A stretch of DNA of 64,000 nucleotides from Candidatus Binatia bacterium. Its GTDB lineage: Bacteria; Desulfobacterota; Binatia; DP-6. The stretch lies in assembly GCA_046327955.1 (NCBI GenBank), contig JAXLXP010000006.1, positions 82,977 to 146,976 of the forward strand, in the 5' to 3' direction. Made by a program: the position numbers and the translations under genes. Below are positions 1 to 10,203 of the stretch, piece after piece. Position 1 is the first letter of the stretch. Each line of letters opens with the position of its first letter. The notes beneath the pieces are model-generated. The model did no database searches, was not told the origin of the DNA, and worked only from the letters and a program-made list of their open reading frames with translations.

Positions 1-315
1 TCCGCGGCGCCGGACGTGTTGACCAGCGCCTCGTCGGAGGAGGTGGCCGATTTCGTCTTTCGGCTGCGTGACGGTCGCCTGGCCGACTGGTGCCCGGCGG
101 CGGTCGCCCTGCAGGTGCCGCCGTCCTTCCACGAGGTCCCGATCGTCACCGCGGAGTCGGTGGCGGCCGCGCATGCCCATGGGCTCGAGATACACGTGTG
201 GACCGTCAATACGCCCCGGGAGGTCGACGACCTCCTCGACCTGGGTGTCGACGCCATCATGACCGACTTCCCGGACATGGCGATGCAGGTGCTGCGCCGC
301 CGCGGGCTGCGCTGA
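1..315 (+). CDS. Glycerophosphodiester phosphodiesterase (GDPD family), C-terminal part; gene starts upstream of window
   Basis: Open frame continues to position 1; C-terminal motif HVWTVN and DAIMTD typical of UgpQ/GlpQ GDPD fold; stop TGA at 313-315. Confidence 0.55.
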   Translation, partial: SAAPDVLTSASSEEVADFVFRLRDGRLADWCPAAVALQVPPSFHEVPIVTAESVAAAHAHGLEIHVWTVNTPREVDDLLDLGVDAIMTDFPDMAMQVLRRRGLR

Positions 316-321
316 CCCGGG

Positions 322-1119
322 CTAGCGGCGCTTCGGCCCGACCTCTGCGATCAGACGCAGGAGGCCGTCGTGCAGGACGCCGTTCGACGCGATCATGCCT
401 GGGCGCAGCGGCGACGCCTGGTTGAAGACGAGCGGCTCGCCCTCGAGCCCGGTCACCCGGCCACCGGCCTCCTCGACGAGCAGCGTGCCGGCGCAGATGT
501 CCCACTCGTTCTTGGGCGTGAGCGTGAAGGTGGCGTCGCCCTCGCCGCGGGCGAGCTCGGCCAGCTTGAACGCGACCGAGCCGGTGAGCGCGACGCGACA
601 GTGAGGCTTGAAGGCATCCCACTCGCCGCGCTTGTCCTCGGAGCGGCTCGCCATGACGACGGCGTCGGCCACGCGATCCTGGGGGCTCACGTGGACACGC
701 GTGCCGTCGACCGTGGTGCCGGCGCCACGTACCGCCACGTAGAGGCGGTCGGCCGCGGGATTGTACTCGACCGCGACCACCGGTCGGCCGGTCTCGACGA
801 GCGCGATGCAGACGCAGAACTCGGGGATGTGCTGGATGAACTCCTTGGTGCCGTCGAGCGGGTCGACGACCCACACCCGCCGCCGGTCGAGCCGGTCGTG
901 GGAGTCCGCCGTCTCCTCGGAGAGCCAGCCGTCGTCGGGAAACGCCGTGCTCAGGTGACGGTGGATGATCTGGTTGGCTTCGAGGTCGGCGGCGGTCACC
1001 GGGTTGTCGTGGCCCTTGTCGCGGGCCTGGACTTCGCCCTCGTAGTACCGCCGGATCGCGGCGCCCGCCTCCCGAGCCGCGGCGATCGCGACCTCACGCT
1101 CGCGCGCGAAGGTGCTCAT
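322..1119 (-). CDS. Inositol monophosphatase / CysQ-family 3'(2'),5'-bisphosphate nucleotidase
   Basis: 265 aa; metal-binding motif [19 protein letters not shown]; ATG at 1119. Confidence 0.75.
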   Translation of the reverse strand: MSTFAREREVAIAAAREAGAAIRRYYEGEVQARDKGHDNPVTAADLEANQIIHRHLSTAFPDDGWLSEETADSHDRLDRRRVWVVDPLDGTKEFIQHIPEFCVCIALVETGRPVVAVEYNPAADRLYVAVRGAGTTVDGTRVHVSPQDRVADAVVMASRSEDKRGEWDAFKPHCRVALTGSVAFKLAELARGEGDATFTLTPKNEWDICAGTLLVEEAGGRVTGLEGEPLVFNQASPLRPGMIASNGVLHDGLLRLIAEVGPKRR

Positions 1120-2249
1120 GACCGTGCCTCGGACCGGCCGGCATGCGCCGCCTCGAATTCCGCACGCAGGCGGCGCAGGAGATCGTCGCGCCGTTCGTAG
1201 AGCCGCTTGGGCGTGCGGGGCGCATGGTTGGCGAGCGCGTAAGCGGTGAGGAGCGGCAGGGCGATCGTCGAGTCGCAGTAGCAGACGACCGTGTCCGGGA
1301 GCATGTCGGGGTCGACCTTTCCCCAGCTCACTGCCTCGCTCGGCGTCGCGCCGGAGAGCCCCCCGGTGTCGACCCGTGCGTCGGTGAACTGGACGAAGTA
1401 GTCATGCCCCTTCTCCGCGATTCCGAGGACCTCTTGGATCTGGGGCTCGGTCTGGAGCATGAAGTTCTTGGGTGACCCGCCGCCGAGGATGAGGACGGCG
1501 CTCTTGCCGCCACCGCGCTTGGCACCGAGCACGATCGCGGCGGTCTCGTTCACGTCGCGCGCCACGTCGATCTTGAGCTTGCTGCCCTCGAGCGCCAGCG
1601 CGGCGACGTTCATGCCGATCGAGCTGTCGCCCGGCGACGAGGTGTAGACCGCAACGCCCTGTTCCCAGCAGGCGGCGATGAACGACTTGCGGGTGAGGCC
1701 GAGGATCTTCTGGCGCTCGGCGACCGCGCGTCCGATCAGGTGGTGGAATTCGGCGGTGCCCATCTCGCGCTGGAACTCCGGCGCGCCGAGGATCGTGCGG
1801 TAGAACGCATCGGTGTCGAGCAGGACCCGATAATCGAAGACGATGTCGTAGATGCGCACGACCCCGTCCTCGCGCAGGGCGACGTCGTCCAGGTCCGGGT
1901 GGCCGCGGTGCATGGCGAGACCGATGCCGAAGTGGGTGTCGTGGTAGAGGTTGGCGCCCGTCGAGACGACCCAGTCGACGAAGCCGGCCTCGACCAGCGG
2001 GATCAGACAGGACATCCCGATCCCGGCCGGTGTGAGGGCGCCGCTCAGGGCGAGCCCGATGGTCACGTCGGGCTCCAGCATCCGGCGCGTGAAGAGCTGG
2101 ATGGCCTCGCGCAGCCGGGCCCCGTTGTACGCCTGGAACGCCCCATCGACGAGGTCGGTGACCGTCGTCGCCGAGGTCACCGGGCGAGGCTCGATCCGGG
2201 CGCCCGAGAGCAGTCGCTTCATGTCCCCCATGGACGGTGTTGGTATCAA
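1116..2249 (-). CDS. Deoxyhypusine synthase-like protein (DHS family)
   Basis: [11 protein letters not shown] resembles DHS GGGxPKH NAD-binding motif; 4-nt ATGA overlap with downstream IMPase start; start ambiguous (TTG 2249 / ATG 2231 / ATG 2222). Confidence 0.5.
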   Translation of the reverse strand: MIPTPSMGDMKRLLSGARIEPRPVTSATTVTDLVDGAFQAYNGARLREAIQLFTRRMLEPDVTIGLALSGALTPAGIGMSCLIPLVEAGFVDWVVSTGANLYHDTHFGIGLAMHRGHPDLDDVALREDGVVRIYDIVFDYRVLLDTDAFYRTILGAPEFQREMGTAEFHHLIGRAVAERQKILGLTRKSFIAACWEQGVAVYTSSPGDSSIGMNVAALALEGSKLKIDVARDVNETAAIVLGAKRGGGKSAVLILGGGSPKNFMLQTEPQIQEVLGIAEKGHDYFVQFTDARVDTGGLSGATPSEAVSWGKVDPDMLPDTVVCYCDSTIALPLLTAYALANHAPRTPKRLYERRDDLLRRLRAEFEAAHAGRSEARS

Positions 2250-2274
2250 ATTTCCGCCGGGTTAATAAAACCGG

Positions 2275-2733
2275 GTGCGAACGCTCGTGATCGTCCTGGC
2301 CACCGCCGGTGGGGTGGGTTACGTGCCGCTGGCGCCGGGGACCTTCGGCTCGCTGGTCGCGTTGCCGTTGCTGCCGGTGTTGGCCGAGCTCCGCGCCCGC
2401 ATGCCGATCACCCATGCGGTCGTGTTGCTCGCGGTCGTCGGCGTGGCCGTCTGGGCCGCGGGCCGGGCGCACGCGGTCTTCGGCGTGCACGATTCGGGCC
2501 GCGTCGTGATCGACGAGGTGGCGGGGATGGTGGTCGCTGGCCTCTTCCTGCCTGGCACCTGGCGTGCCGCGGGGTTGGCGTTCTTGTTCTTCCGGCTGTT
2601 CGACGTCCTCAAGCCGTTTCCCGCCGGTCTCATCGACCGCCGGGTGCGGGGCGGGCTCGGAGTCGTCGGCGACGACCTCGTCGCGGGTGTCTACGCCGGG
2701 GTCGCCGCCCGGCTCGTTCTGGAGGTCCTGTGA
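2275..2733 (+). CDS. pgpA: Phosphatidylglycerophosphatase A
   Basis: 152 aa, GTG start; conserved PgpA N-terminus GYVPLAPGTFGSL and multiple TM helices. Confidence 0.75.
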   Translation: MRTLVIVLATAGGVGYVPLAPGTFGSLVALPLLPVLAELRARMPITHAVVLLAVVGVAVWAAGRAHAVFGVHDSGRVVIDEVAGMVVAGLFLPGTWRAAGLAFLFFRLFDVLKPFPAGLIDRRVRGGLGVVGDDLVAGVYAGVAARLVLEVL

Positions 2734-4001
2734 TCCGACGCGCCGTCATCCTGTCCACGGGCGACGAGCTCACCACCGGTCGCGTCGTCGATACCAACTC
2801 GAGCTGGATCGCCGACCGACTCTTCGAGGTCGGGGTCGACGTCGTGGCGGTGCTCACGGTCGGGGACTTTCCGGAGCGGCTCGAGTGGGCCTGGCGGCGC
2901 GCGCTCGAGCTCGGCGACCTGGTGATCTCGACCGGCGGCATCGGTCCCACCGCCGATGACCTCACCACGGAGACCGTTGCGCGCGTGCTCGACGTTCCAC
3001 TGGTCGAGGACGCGGAATCCGCCGACCGGATGCGGCGGTTCTTCGCCGGCCGTGGGATCGAGATGCCGGCCAACAACCTGAAGCAGGCCCTGGTGCCGGC
3101 GGGCGCCACGATCGTACCCAACTCGCTCGGCACTGCGCCCGGCTACCGGGCGTCCATCGGCGCGCGACATGTCGTCGTGCTGCCCGGCGTGCCACGCGAG
3201 ATGAAGCCGATGGTCGACGAGACCGTGCTGCCGTGGGTGCGTGCCCAGCGTGGCGGAGAGGTTCACCTGGCGCGGACGTTCCAGACCTTCGGCGTGTCGG
3301 AGTCCAGGCTCGACGAGCTGGTGGCGGGCGTGGTCGACCCGGCGGAGGGCCGCCTGTCGTTTCGCGCGAGCTTCCCGGAGGTGTCGGTGCGCGTGGTCGT
3401 GCACGGCGCGGCGGACGAGGCGGCTGCGCGCCTCGACCGCGTGGCGGGCCGGCTGCGCGAACGGCTGGGGGCGTGCGTCTACGGCGAAGGGACGACGACC
3501 CTCGAGGCGGTGGTGGGCGCGTCGCTGCGCGACCGCGGCCTGACGCTCGCCCTCGCCGAGTCGTGCACGGGCGGATTGGTCGGCCACCGCGTCACGAACG
3601 TGCCCGGCAGCTCGACGTATTTCCTCGGCGGCGCCGAGGTCTACTCGAACGGGGCCAAGGAGCGCGTGCTCGGCGTTCCGCCAGCGCTGCTTGCCGAGCA
3701 CGGCGCCGTCTCGGAGCAGACCGCGGCCGCGATGGCCGACGGCGCGCGCCGCCTCTTCGGCGCCGACCTCGCGGTCGCGATCACCGGCATCGCGGGGCCG
3801 GACGGCGGGACGCCGGAGAAGCCCGTCGGCACCGTCTGCTTCGGTCTCGCCGCGGCCGAGGGCACGGTGACGCGGCGGTATCAGCTGTGGGGCAACCGCG
3901 AGTGGGTGAAGCTGCTCGCGTCGCAGGTGGCGCTCGACTGGGTGCGCCGCAAGGCGCTCGGGCTGCCGGTCACCGAGTCGTACCGACCGCTCGGTCGCTG
4001 A
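2730..4001 (+). CDS. cinA: CinA competence/damage-inducible protein (MoCF-binding + PncC-like NMN amidohydrolase domains)
   Basis: GTG start overlapping pgpA stop (GTGA); 424 aa in the 3' part of track ORF 1740..4001; motifs ILSTGDELTTG, ISTGGIGPTADDLT, LALAESCTGG. Confidence 0.85.
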   Translation: MIRRAVILSTGDELTTGRVVDTNSSWIADRLFEVGVDVVAVLTVGDFPERLEWAWRRALELGDLVISTGGIGPTADDLTTETVARVLDVPLVEDAESADRMRRFFAGRGIEMPANNLKQALVPAGATIVPNSLGTAPGYRASIGARHVVVLPGVPREMKPMVDETVLPWVRAQRGGEVHLARTFQTFGVSESRLDELVAGVVDPAEGRLSFRASFPEVSVRVVVHGAADEAAARLDRVAGRLRERLGACVYGEGTTTLEAVVGASLRDRGLTLALAESCTGGLVGHRVTNVPGSSTYFLGGAEVYSNGAKERVLGVPPALLAEHGAVSEQTAAAMADGARRLFGADLAVAITGIAGPDGGTPEKPVGTVCFGLAAAEGTVTRRYQLWGNREWVKLLASQVALDWVRRKALGLPVTESYRPLGR

Positions 4002-4007
4002 CCATGC

Positions 4008-4604
4008 GTGCCCTCCTCGGGTGACACCCTGCGCTGCTTCGTCGCGATCGACCTGCCGGACGAGCTGCGTGCGGCCGTGGCGCAGGCGCAGCGCGCGCTG
4101 CGGCGCGAGGCGGGACCCGCCGACGTGCGCTGGGTGGATCCCGGCGCGCTGCACCTGACGCTCGCGTTCCTGGGCGCGGTGGGGGAGAGGCAGCGGGCGC
4201 CGATCGAAGCGGCGCTGCGCGCGCTGGCCGAATCGCACGCGCCCCTGGCGCTCGCCGCCGCCGGTCTCGGGGCGTTTCCGAGCCCGCGGCGCGCGCGCGT
4301 CGTGTGGGTCGGCATCGCGGGCGGCGCGGGGGCCCTCGCGCGGCTGGCTGTGGACGTCGAAGCGGCGCTCGCGCAGCTCGGGTTTCCGCCCGAGAGCCGG
4401 CCGTTCCAGGGTCACGTGACCCTCGGCCGCGTGCGTCGGCCGGATGGCCTCTCGCGTCTCGCGGCCGCGATCGAGGCAGGCGCGGGCACGTCGTTCGGCG
4501 CCTGGACGGCTCGCGAGATCGTGCTCTACCAGAGCCGGCTCGGCCCCACGGGGGCCGTCTACGTGCCGCTGGCGCATGTGCCACTCGGGCCGCGGGATGC
4601 CTGA
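4008..4604 (+). CDS. thpR: RNA 2',3'-cyclic phosphodiesterase (2H family, LigT/ThpR)
   Basis: Two H-x-T-x motifs (HLTLAFLG, HVTLGR) at the expected spacing; 198 aa. Confidence 0.75.
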   Translation: MPSSGDTLRCFVAIDLPDELRAAVAQAQRALRREAGPADVRWVDPGALHLTLAFLGAVGERQRAPIEAALRALAESHAPLALAAAGLGAFPSPRRARVVWVGIAGGAGALARLAVDVEAALAQLGFPPESRPFQGHVTLGRVRRPDGLSRLAAAIEAGAGTSFGAWTAREIVLYQSRLGPTGAVYVPLAHVPLGPRDA

Positions 4605-4699
4605 AATTATATGGCGCCTGCCGCTGGAGAGTCCCGGACAGGCGCGGTAGAGTGACAAGCAATTGACAGCCGCCCGCGTGCAGAGGGGGAGGGTGTGAC

Positions 4700-5800
<1,101 letters not shown>

Positions 5801-5803
5801 GAC

Positions 5804-6955
5804 GTGGATCTCGTCACCATCCTCCGCGAGGCCGTCAACCGGGGGGCATCGGACATCCATCTGAAGGTCGGCTCGAAGCCGGTCTTCCGCGTGTCGGGTA
5901 CGCTCATGCGCTGGGACGAGTCCCCGGTGCTCGACCGCGACCACATGATCCTGCTCACCCAGGGGCTTCTGGAGGACTACCACTGCCAGAAGCTCAAGGC
6001 GCACCTGCAGGTCGACGCTGGTTTCGGCCATCCCGACCTCGGGCGCTTCCGCGTGAACGTCTTCTACCAGCGCGGCGACCTGCAGGCGTCGCTGCGCCAC
6101 ATCCCGCCGCGCGTCCTCCAGATCCGCGAGCTCAATCTCCCGCCGGTCATCGAGCGCATCGCGATGGAGAACCGCGGGCTCGTGCTGGTCACCGGCACGA
6201 CCGGTAGCGGGAAATCTACCAGCCTCGCGGCGATGATCGACCATCTCAATCGGCAGAACCCGCTGCACATCATCACCATCGAGGACCCGATCGAGTACCA
6301 CCACAACGACGAGCAGTGCATCATCACGCAGCGCGAGGTGGGCGTCGACGCGGAGAGCTTTGCCGCGGGGCTGAAGGGCGCCCTGCGCCAGGATCCCGAC
6401 GTGATCCTGGTCGGCGAGATGCGCGATCTCGAGACGATCGAGACGGCCATCCTCGCCGCCGAGACCGGGCATCTCGTCTTCTCCACCCTGCACACCCTGG
6501 ACGCGACCGAGACCATCACCCGCGCGATCTCGGTCTTCCCGGAGCACCAGCGCGCCCAGATTCGACTCATCCTGGCGAGCGTGCTGAAGGGGGTCATCTC
6601 CCAGCGCCTCGTCCCGCGCGCAGACGGCCTCGGAATGGTGCCGGCGGTCGAGGTCCTGCTCGCCACCGGCCTCGTGAAGGAGTGCATCTCGGATCCCGAG
6701 CGCACGCGCGAGCTGCGTGACGTGATCGCGCGCGGCTTCACGACCTACGGCATGCAGACGTTCGACCAGTCGCTCATGGGCCTCTGGCGGCAGGGCCTCA
6801 TCACCTTCGAGGAAGCCATGGCCCAGGCGACCAACCCCGACGACTTCGCGCTCAAGGCCCGCGGCATCTCCTCGGAGAGCGACCGGACCTGGGACGACTT
6901 CATGGGCGAGGAGCCCGGCAGCGGCGAGGCGCCGATCAAGGTCGAGCGCTTCTAG
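5804..6955 (+). CDS. pilT: PilT-family type IV pilus retraction/twitching motility ATPase
   Basis: 383 aa; Walker A VTGTTGSGKSTSLAAMIDHLN, GEMRD, LVFSTLHT; starts 4 nt after recA stop. Confidence 0.85.
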   Translation: MDLVTILREAVNRGASDIHLKVGSKPVFRVSGTLMRWDESPVLDRDHMILLTQGLLEDYHCQKLKAHLQVDAGFGHPDLGRFRVNVFYQRGDLQASLRHIPPRVLQIRELNLPPVIERIAMENRGLVLVTGTTGSGKSTSLAAMIDHLNRQNPLHIITIEDPIEYHHNDEQCIITQREVGVDAESFAAGLKGALRQDPDVILVGEMRDLETIETAILAAETGHLVFSTLHTLDATETITRAISVFPEHQRAQIRLILASVLKGVISQRLVPRADGLGMVPAVEVLLATGLVKECISDPERTRELRDVIARGFTTYGMQTFDQSLMGLWRQGLITFEEAMAQATNPDDFALKARGISSESDRTWDDFMGEEPGSGEAPIKVERF

Positions 6956-6998
6956 CGCGTCGACGGGCCACGGGGCCGCGCCGACCACGCCCCTCGAC

Positions 6999-7418
6999 GT
7001 GGCGGCGCGGCTCCTCACGCGCGCCCCGCGCACGGTGGCGGAGCTCACCCAGCGTCTGGTGGCGATGGGCTACCGGACGACCACGGCCGAGGTCACGGTC
7101 GCGCGTTGCGTCGAGCTCGGCTGGGTCGACGATTCGGCCCTTGCCGAGGATCGTGCTCGCCAGCTCCGTCGCCGCGGCGCGGGACCGTTGCGCATCGGGT
7201 CCGACCTCGAGGGTCGCGGGCTCTCCGAGCGCGTCGTGCAGGAGGCGATCGATGCGTCGCGCGACGGGCGCTCCGAGGCGGAGTGGGCACGGCAGGTGCT
7301 GTGCGGCCAGGGAGAGCCGGTGGCGTTGCGCGATCGCGCCCGCGCCTGGCGTCTGTTGGCAGGCCGCGGATTCCCCGAGGAGGTCGTTGCGGATGTGCTC
7401 GGAGACCACGGCGAATAG
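6999..7418 (+). CDS. recX: RecA regulator RecX
   Basis: 139 aa, GTG start; RecX three-helix-repeat pattern (LGWVDDSALAEDRARQLRRRGAGPLRIGSDLEGRGL). Confidence 0.75.
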   Translation: MAARLLTRAPRTVAELTQRLVAMGYRTTTAEVTVARCVELGWVDDSALAEDRARQLRRRGAGPLRIGSDLEGRGLSERVVQEAIDASRDGRSEAEWARQVLCGQGEPVALRDRARAWRLLAGRGFPEEVVADVLGDHGE

Positions 7419-7428
7419 CGATTATTCC

Positions 7429-7458
7429 TTGACAACGGCGCCGGGGCCTCGGTAGCTT
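7429..7458 (+). promoter_or_regulatory. Sigma70-like promoter candidate (-35 TTGACA, 18-nt spacer, -10 TAGCTT) upstream of the secreted repeat protein gene
   Basis: TTGACA at 7429-7434 and TAGCTT at 7453-7458, read directly from sequence in an AT-richer patch after recX. Confidence 0.3.
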
Positions 7459-7476
7459 CCCCCCGATCTTGACGCC

Positions 7477-8946
7477 GTGTCACGGCAACGTCGACCGGCG
7501 TCTGCACGAGGGGGACGACAAGTGGGCCGAGTCGCAAGGATCGGGAGAGCGCTCGCTTCGACCCTTGCGGGGGTTCCCGGACCGCAGCGTGGTGGGGGTG
7601 GGTTTCCCCGCGTCCTGATCGCGCTGGGCCTGTGGCTGGCGGCCGTGCCCTGTCAGGCGTCCGTACCCCCGGCGCTCAGTCTCCCCGGCTACCCGGTGGA
7701 CGCCGCGTATGCCCACCCCGGAGTCGACAGCTTCTTCGACATCACGCTCGCCGGGGTCGGGGGAGGGTTCGACGTCGCCGACGGCACCTACACGGGGTGG
7801 TGCACGGAAGACAACGGACAGGAGAACACCTCTCCCGTGACGTTGTACTCGACGTACGACCCGGCGCTGCCCGGGAACCTCGGCGGGGTGCCCTGGGACC
7901 GGGTCAACTACCTCCTGAACCACAAGCAGGGTGACTGGCAGGAGGTGCAGGCGGCGCTCTGGATGGTCATCTGGGGCGCATCGAACCTCTATCCCGTGAC
8001 GCCCACGGCTCAGGCGATGATCGACGACGCGGCGGCCAATGGCCCCGGGTTCGCGCCCGGAACGGGCGAGATCATCGCCGTCGTCCTGTACACGGGCGAC
8101 GCCGGCATCGCGCCCGAGGGCTTCCAGGATACGGTGATCGAGGTGCCGGTCCCCGTGGTGACGACCACCACCATCACGACGTCGACGACCACCTCGACCA
8201 CCACCAGCACGACCACCACGTCGACCACGAGCACCACCACGACCACCCGCCCGCCGGACACCTTCCAGTGCTACGAGGTCGACGACGAGCCATTCGCCAG
8301 ACAGGTGAGCCTCGACGATCGCTACGGGACCGGCACGGTCGGGCTGCGCAAGGCCTGGCGTCTGTGCAATCCCGCCGGTACCAGCCAGCCGGATCCCCAG
8401 GTGCCGACGCGCATCGAGCACCTGGTCGGATACGCGATCGACCAGACGACTTTCCAGCGTCGGAACGACGTGCACGTGACCCCGCTGCTGAGCCAGTTCC
8501 CTCCGACCACGGTCGACTTGGTGCGGCCCGACGTGATGATGGTCCCGTCCGCGAAGAGTCTCGATGCGCCGCCGGGACCGCTCACGGATCCGGCGATCGA
8601 TCACTTCAAGTGCTACCGCGTCCGGGGAAGGCTCGGCTGGCAGCCGGTCGGCAACGTCACGATCAAGGACGAGTTCACCGACTTCGTGAACCTCAATGGT
8701 GACGGGACGCTGCACGTCGACGTGCGGATTCCGTTCCGGCTCTGTGTGGCTGCCGACAAGAACCATGAGGGGGTTCGCGGGCCCGACGACGCCTTCATGT
8801 GCTACCGGGTACGTGTCACTGCCGGAACGGACACGTTCCGCGGGCCCGACACCTCGGTCTTCGTGGACAACCAGTTCGGGGCCGCCACCTTCGAGAACGT
8901 CCGCCACCTGCGGGAGTTCTGCGTGCGGTCCGCCGTCACGCCCTGA
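7477..8946 (+). CDS. Secreted protein: N-terminal domain, Thr/Ser-rich linker, three C-terminal FxCY...C repeats (hypothetical)
   Basis: Signal-peptide-like LIALGLWLAAVPCQA; in-frame GTG at 7522 is an alternative start; linker TTTTITTSTTTSTTTSTTTTSTTSTTTTT; three repeats with (F/H)xCYxV motif. Confidence 0.55.
   Translation: MSRQRRPASARGGRQVGRVARIGRALASTLAGVPGPQRGGGGFPRVLIALGLWLAAVPCQASVPPALSLPGYPVDAAYAHPGVDSFFDITLAGVGGGFDVADGTYTGWCTEDNGQENTSPVTLYSTYDPALPGNLGGVPWDRVNYLLNHKQGDWQEVQAALWMVIWGASNLYPVTPTAQAMIDDAAANGPGFAPGTGEIIAVVLYTGDAGIAPEGFQDTVIEVPVPVVTTTTITTSTTTSTTTSTTTTSTTSTTTTTRPPDTFQCYEVDDEPFARQVSLDDRYGTGTVGLRKAWRLCNPAGTSQPDPQVPTRIEHLVGYAIDQTTFQRRNDVHVTPLLSQFPPTTVDLVRPDVMMVPSAKSLDAPPGPLTDPAIDHFKCYRVRGRLGWQPVGNVTIKDEFTDFVNLNGDGTLHVDVRIPFRLCVAADKNHEGVRGPDDAFMCYRVRVTAGTDTFRGPDTSVFVDNQFGAATFENVRHLREFCVRSAVTP
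8158..8247 (+). repeat. Thr-codon (ACC/ACG)-rich low-complexity coding repeat (linker)
   Basis: Runs of acgacc/accacc codons; similar low-complexity DNA occurs in 40311-40775. Confidence 0.6.
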
Positions 8947-8997
8947 GCCGGGCGGACGCCGAGTGCCCGGTGGCGGTGCGTCGGCGCGACCGCGCCG

Positions 8998-9222
8998 TCA
9001 GCAGCGCTCGGGTTCGGGCGCGAGGACGACGGCGGGCTCCGGCGCGGCGATCGGCTCGGCGTCGTGGCGCAGGCGGAACGCCACCAGCGCGAGCAGCCCG
9101 AACACGCCGAAGGGCAGCAGCGTGAGCATCAGCGTGCTCATCCAGTAGAACCAGAGCGCCTGCGGGTTGCTCGCGTCGAAGCAGACCGGACACGCGCCGG
9201 CGCTCCCCGCCGCAACCAGCAA
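8998..9222 (-). CDS. Possible small membrane protein with CPVC motif downstream of cox cluster (start uncertain, TTG 9222 or ATG 9141)
   Basis: Only the 3' part of track ORF 8998..9618 can be real, because the rest overlaps coxIII-like in another frame; one hydrophobic helix; no clear RBS. Confidence 0.25.
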   Translation of the reverse strand: MLVAAGSAGACPVCFDASNPQALWFYWMSTLMLTLLPFGVFGLLALVAFRLRHDAEPIAAPEPAVVLAPEPERC

Positions 9223-9251
9223 CCCGGCGAGCGCGGCCGCGCGGCTGACGG

Positions 9252-9878
9252 CTACCACAGGTACACCAGCGTGTAGAGGATCGGCCAGATGCCGACTACG
9301 AACAGCCAGTACAGGTGCACCGCGGTGACGCCGGCGTGGTCGCGGGCGCTGAATCGGCCCCGGCGCGCACCGGCCAGAGCGACGAGGAGCGCGCCGAGGC
9401 CGCCGAGGACGTGCAGGCCGTGGCAGCCGATCAGGGTGCAGAAGAGGCCGCCGTAGACGCCTGGGCGGATCGTCAGCCCATGGCGGAAGAGGCCCACCCA
9501 CTCGATCCCCTGGATGGCCAGGAACAGCGCGCCGAGGATCGTCGTGCGGGAGAGCTCCCCGACCAGTGCCGCCGGTTGGCCCCTCCGGATCGCGTTGCGC
9601 GCGCGGACGACCGTCCAACCGCTGAGCAACAGGACGAGCGTGTTGACGGCCGTGACCTCGACCGGCAGGCGCGGCTGCCCGGGCGGCGGCCAGCCTCCCG
9701 CGGTCCCGCGCAAGACCATGAAGGCGCTCACCAGGCCCGCGAAGAACATGCTCTCCGCGCCGAGGAAGATGAGCATGCCGAACACGGCATTCGAGCCCGC
9801 CGGCCCGCGACTCACCGGCGTCGTTCCCTGGAACGGACGGACGACGCCTCGACGTTCAACGGCCAGGGCCATCCCCAT
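9252..9878 (-). CDS. Cytochrome c oxidase subunit III-like paralog (second copy)
   Basis: 208 aa; heme-copper oxidase subunit III fold (CHGLHVLGG, HLYWLFVVGIWPILY); start ATG overlaps subunit IV stop (ATGA). Confidence 0.7.
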   Translation of the reverse strand: MGMALAVERRGVVRPFQGTTPVSRGPAGSNAVFGMLIFLGAESMFFAGLVSAFMVLRGTAGGWPPPGQPRLPVEVTAVNTLVLLLSGWTVVRARNAIRRGQPAALVGELSRTTILGALFLAIQGIEWVGLFRHGLTIRPGVYGGLFCTLIGCHGLHVLGGLGALLVALAGARRGRFSARDHAGVTAVHLYWLFVVGIWPILYTLVYLW

Positions 9879-10195
9879 CAGTGGTGCGCGGTGTCGGCGG
9901 CGGGGGGCGGGCCGTCGTGCATGCGGCGCGCGATGTCGGGGATGAGGGACAGCACCATCGCGATGGCCAGGATCACGGGGATGCCGGCGATGGCGTAGAG
10001 GACACGCGGCACCTGCTTGAGGTGCATGTAGTGGCGCACCACCAGCACCGCCTTCACGAATGCGATCGTGAAGATGAGCCCGACCGCCAGCTCTTTGTTG
10101 AACGGCATGATGGCCATGCTGACGCCGAGGACCACCAGGATCACCAGGTAGACCCAGATCGTGAAGTAGCTCGGACCGGAGTGCTCTCGTGTCAT
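9878..10195 (-). CDS. Cytochrome c oxidase subunit IV (bacterial CoxD/CtaF type)
   Basis: 105 aa, 3 TM helices (YFTIWVYLVILVVLG, FVKAVLVVRHYMHL); sits between two subunit III genes. Confidence 0.6.
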   Translation of the reverse strand: MTREHSGPSYFTIWVYLVILVVLGVSMAIMPFNKELAVGLIFTIAFVKAVLVVRHYMHLKQVPRVLYAIAGIPVILAIAMVLSLIPDIARRMHDGPPPAADTAHH

Positions 10196-10203
10196 CGTCG
10201 TCC

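Noticed and set aside
1740-4001. 753-aa ORF whose N-terminal 330 aa overlap DHS-like and pgpA
   Set aside because: Only the last 424 aa, from GTG 2730, match CinA. The upstream part is out of frame with pgpA, which has clear motifs, and has junk composition.
4605-4699. Looked for a LexA/SOS box upstream of recA
   Set aside because: No Cheo-box, E. coli-type, Geobacter-type or myxobacterial-type (…GTTCAG) palindrome was recognisable by eye. The region is reported only as a check, not a feature.
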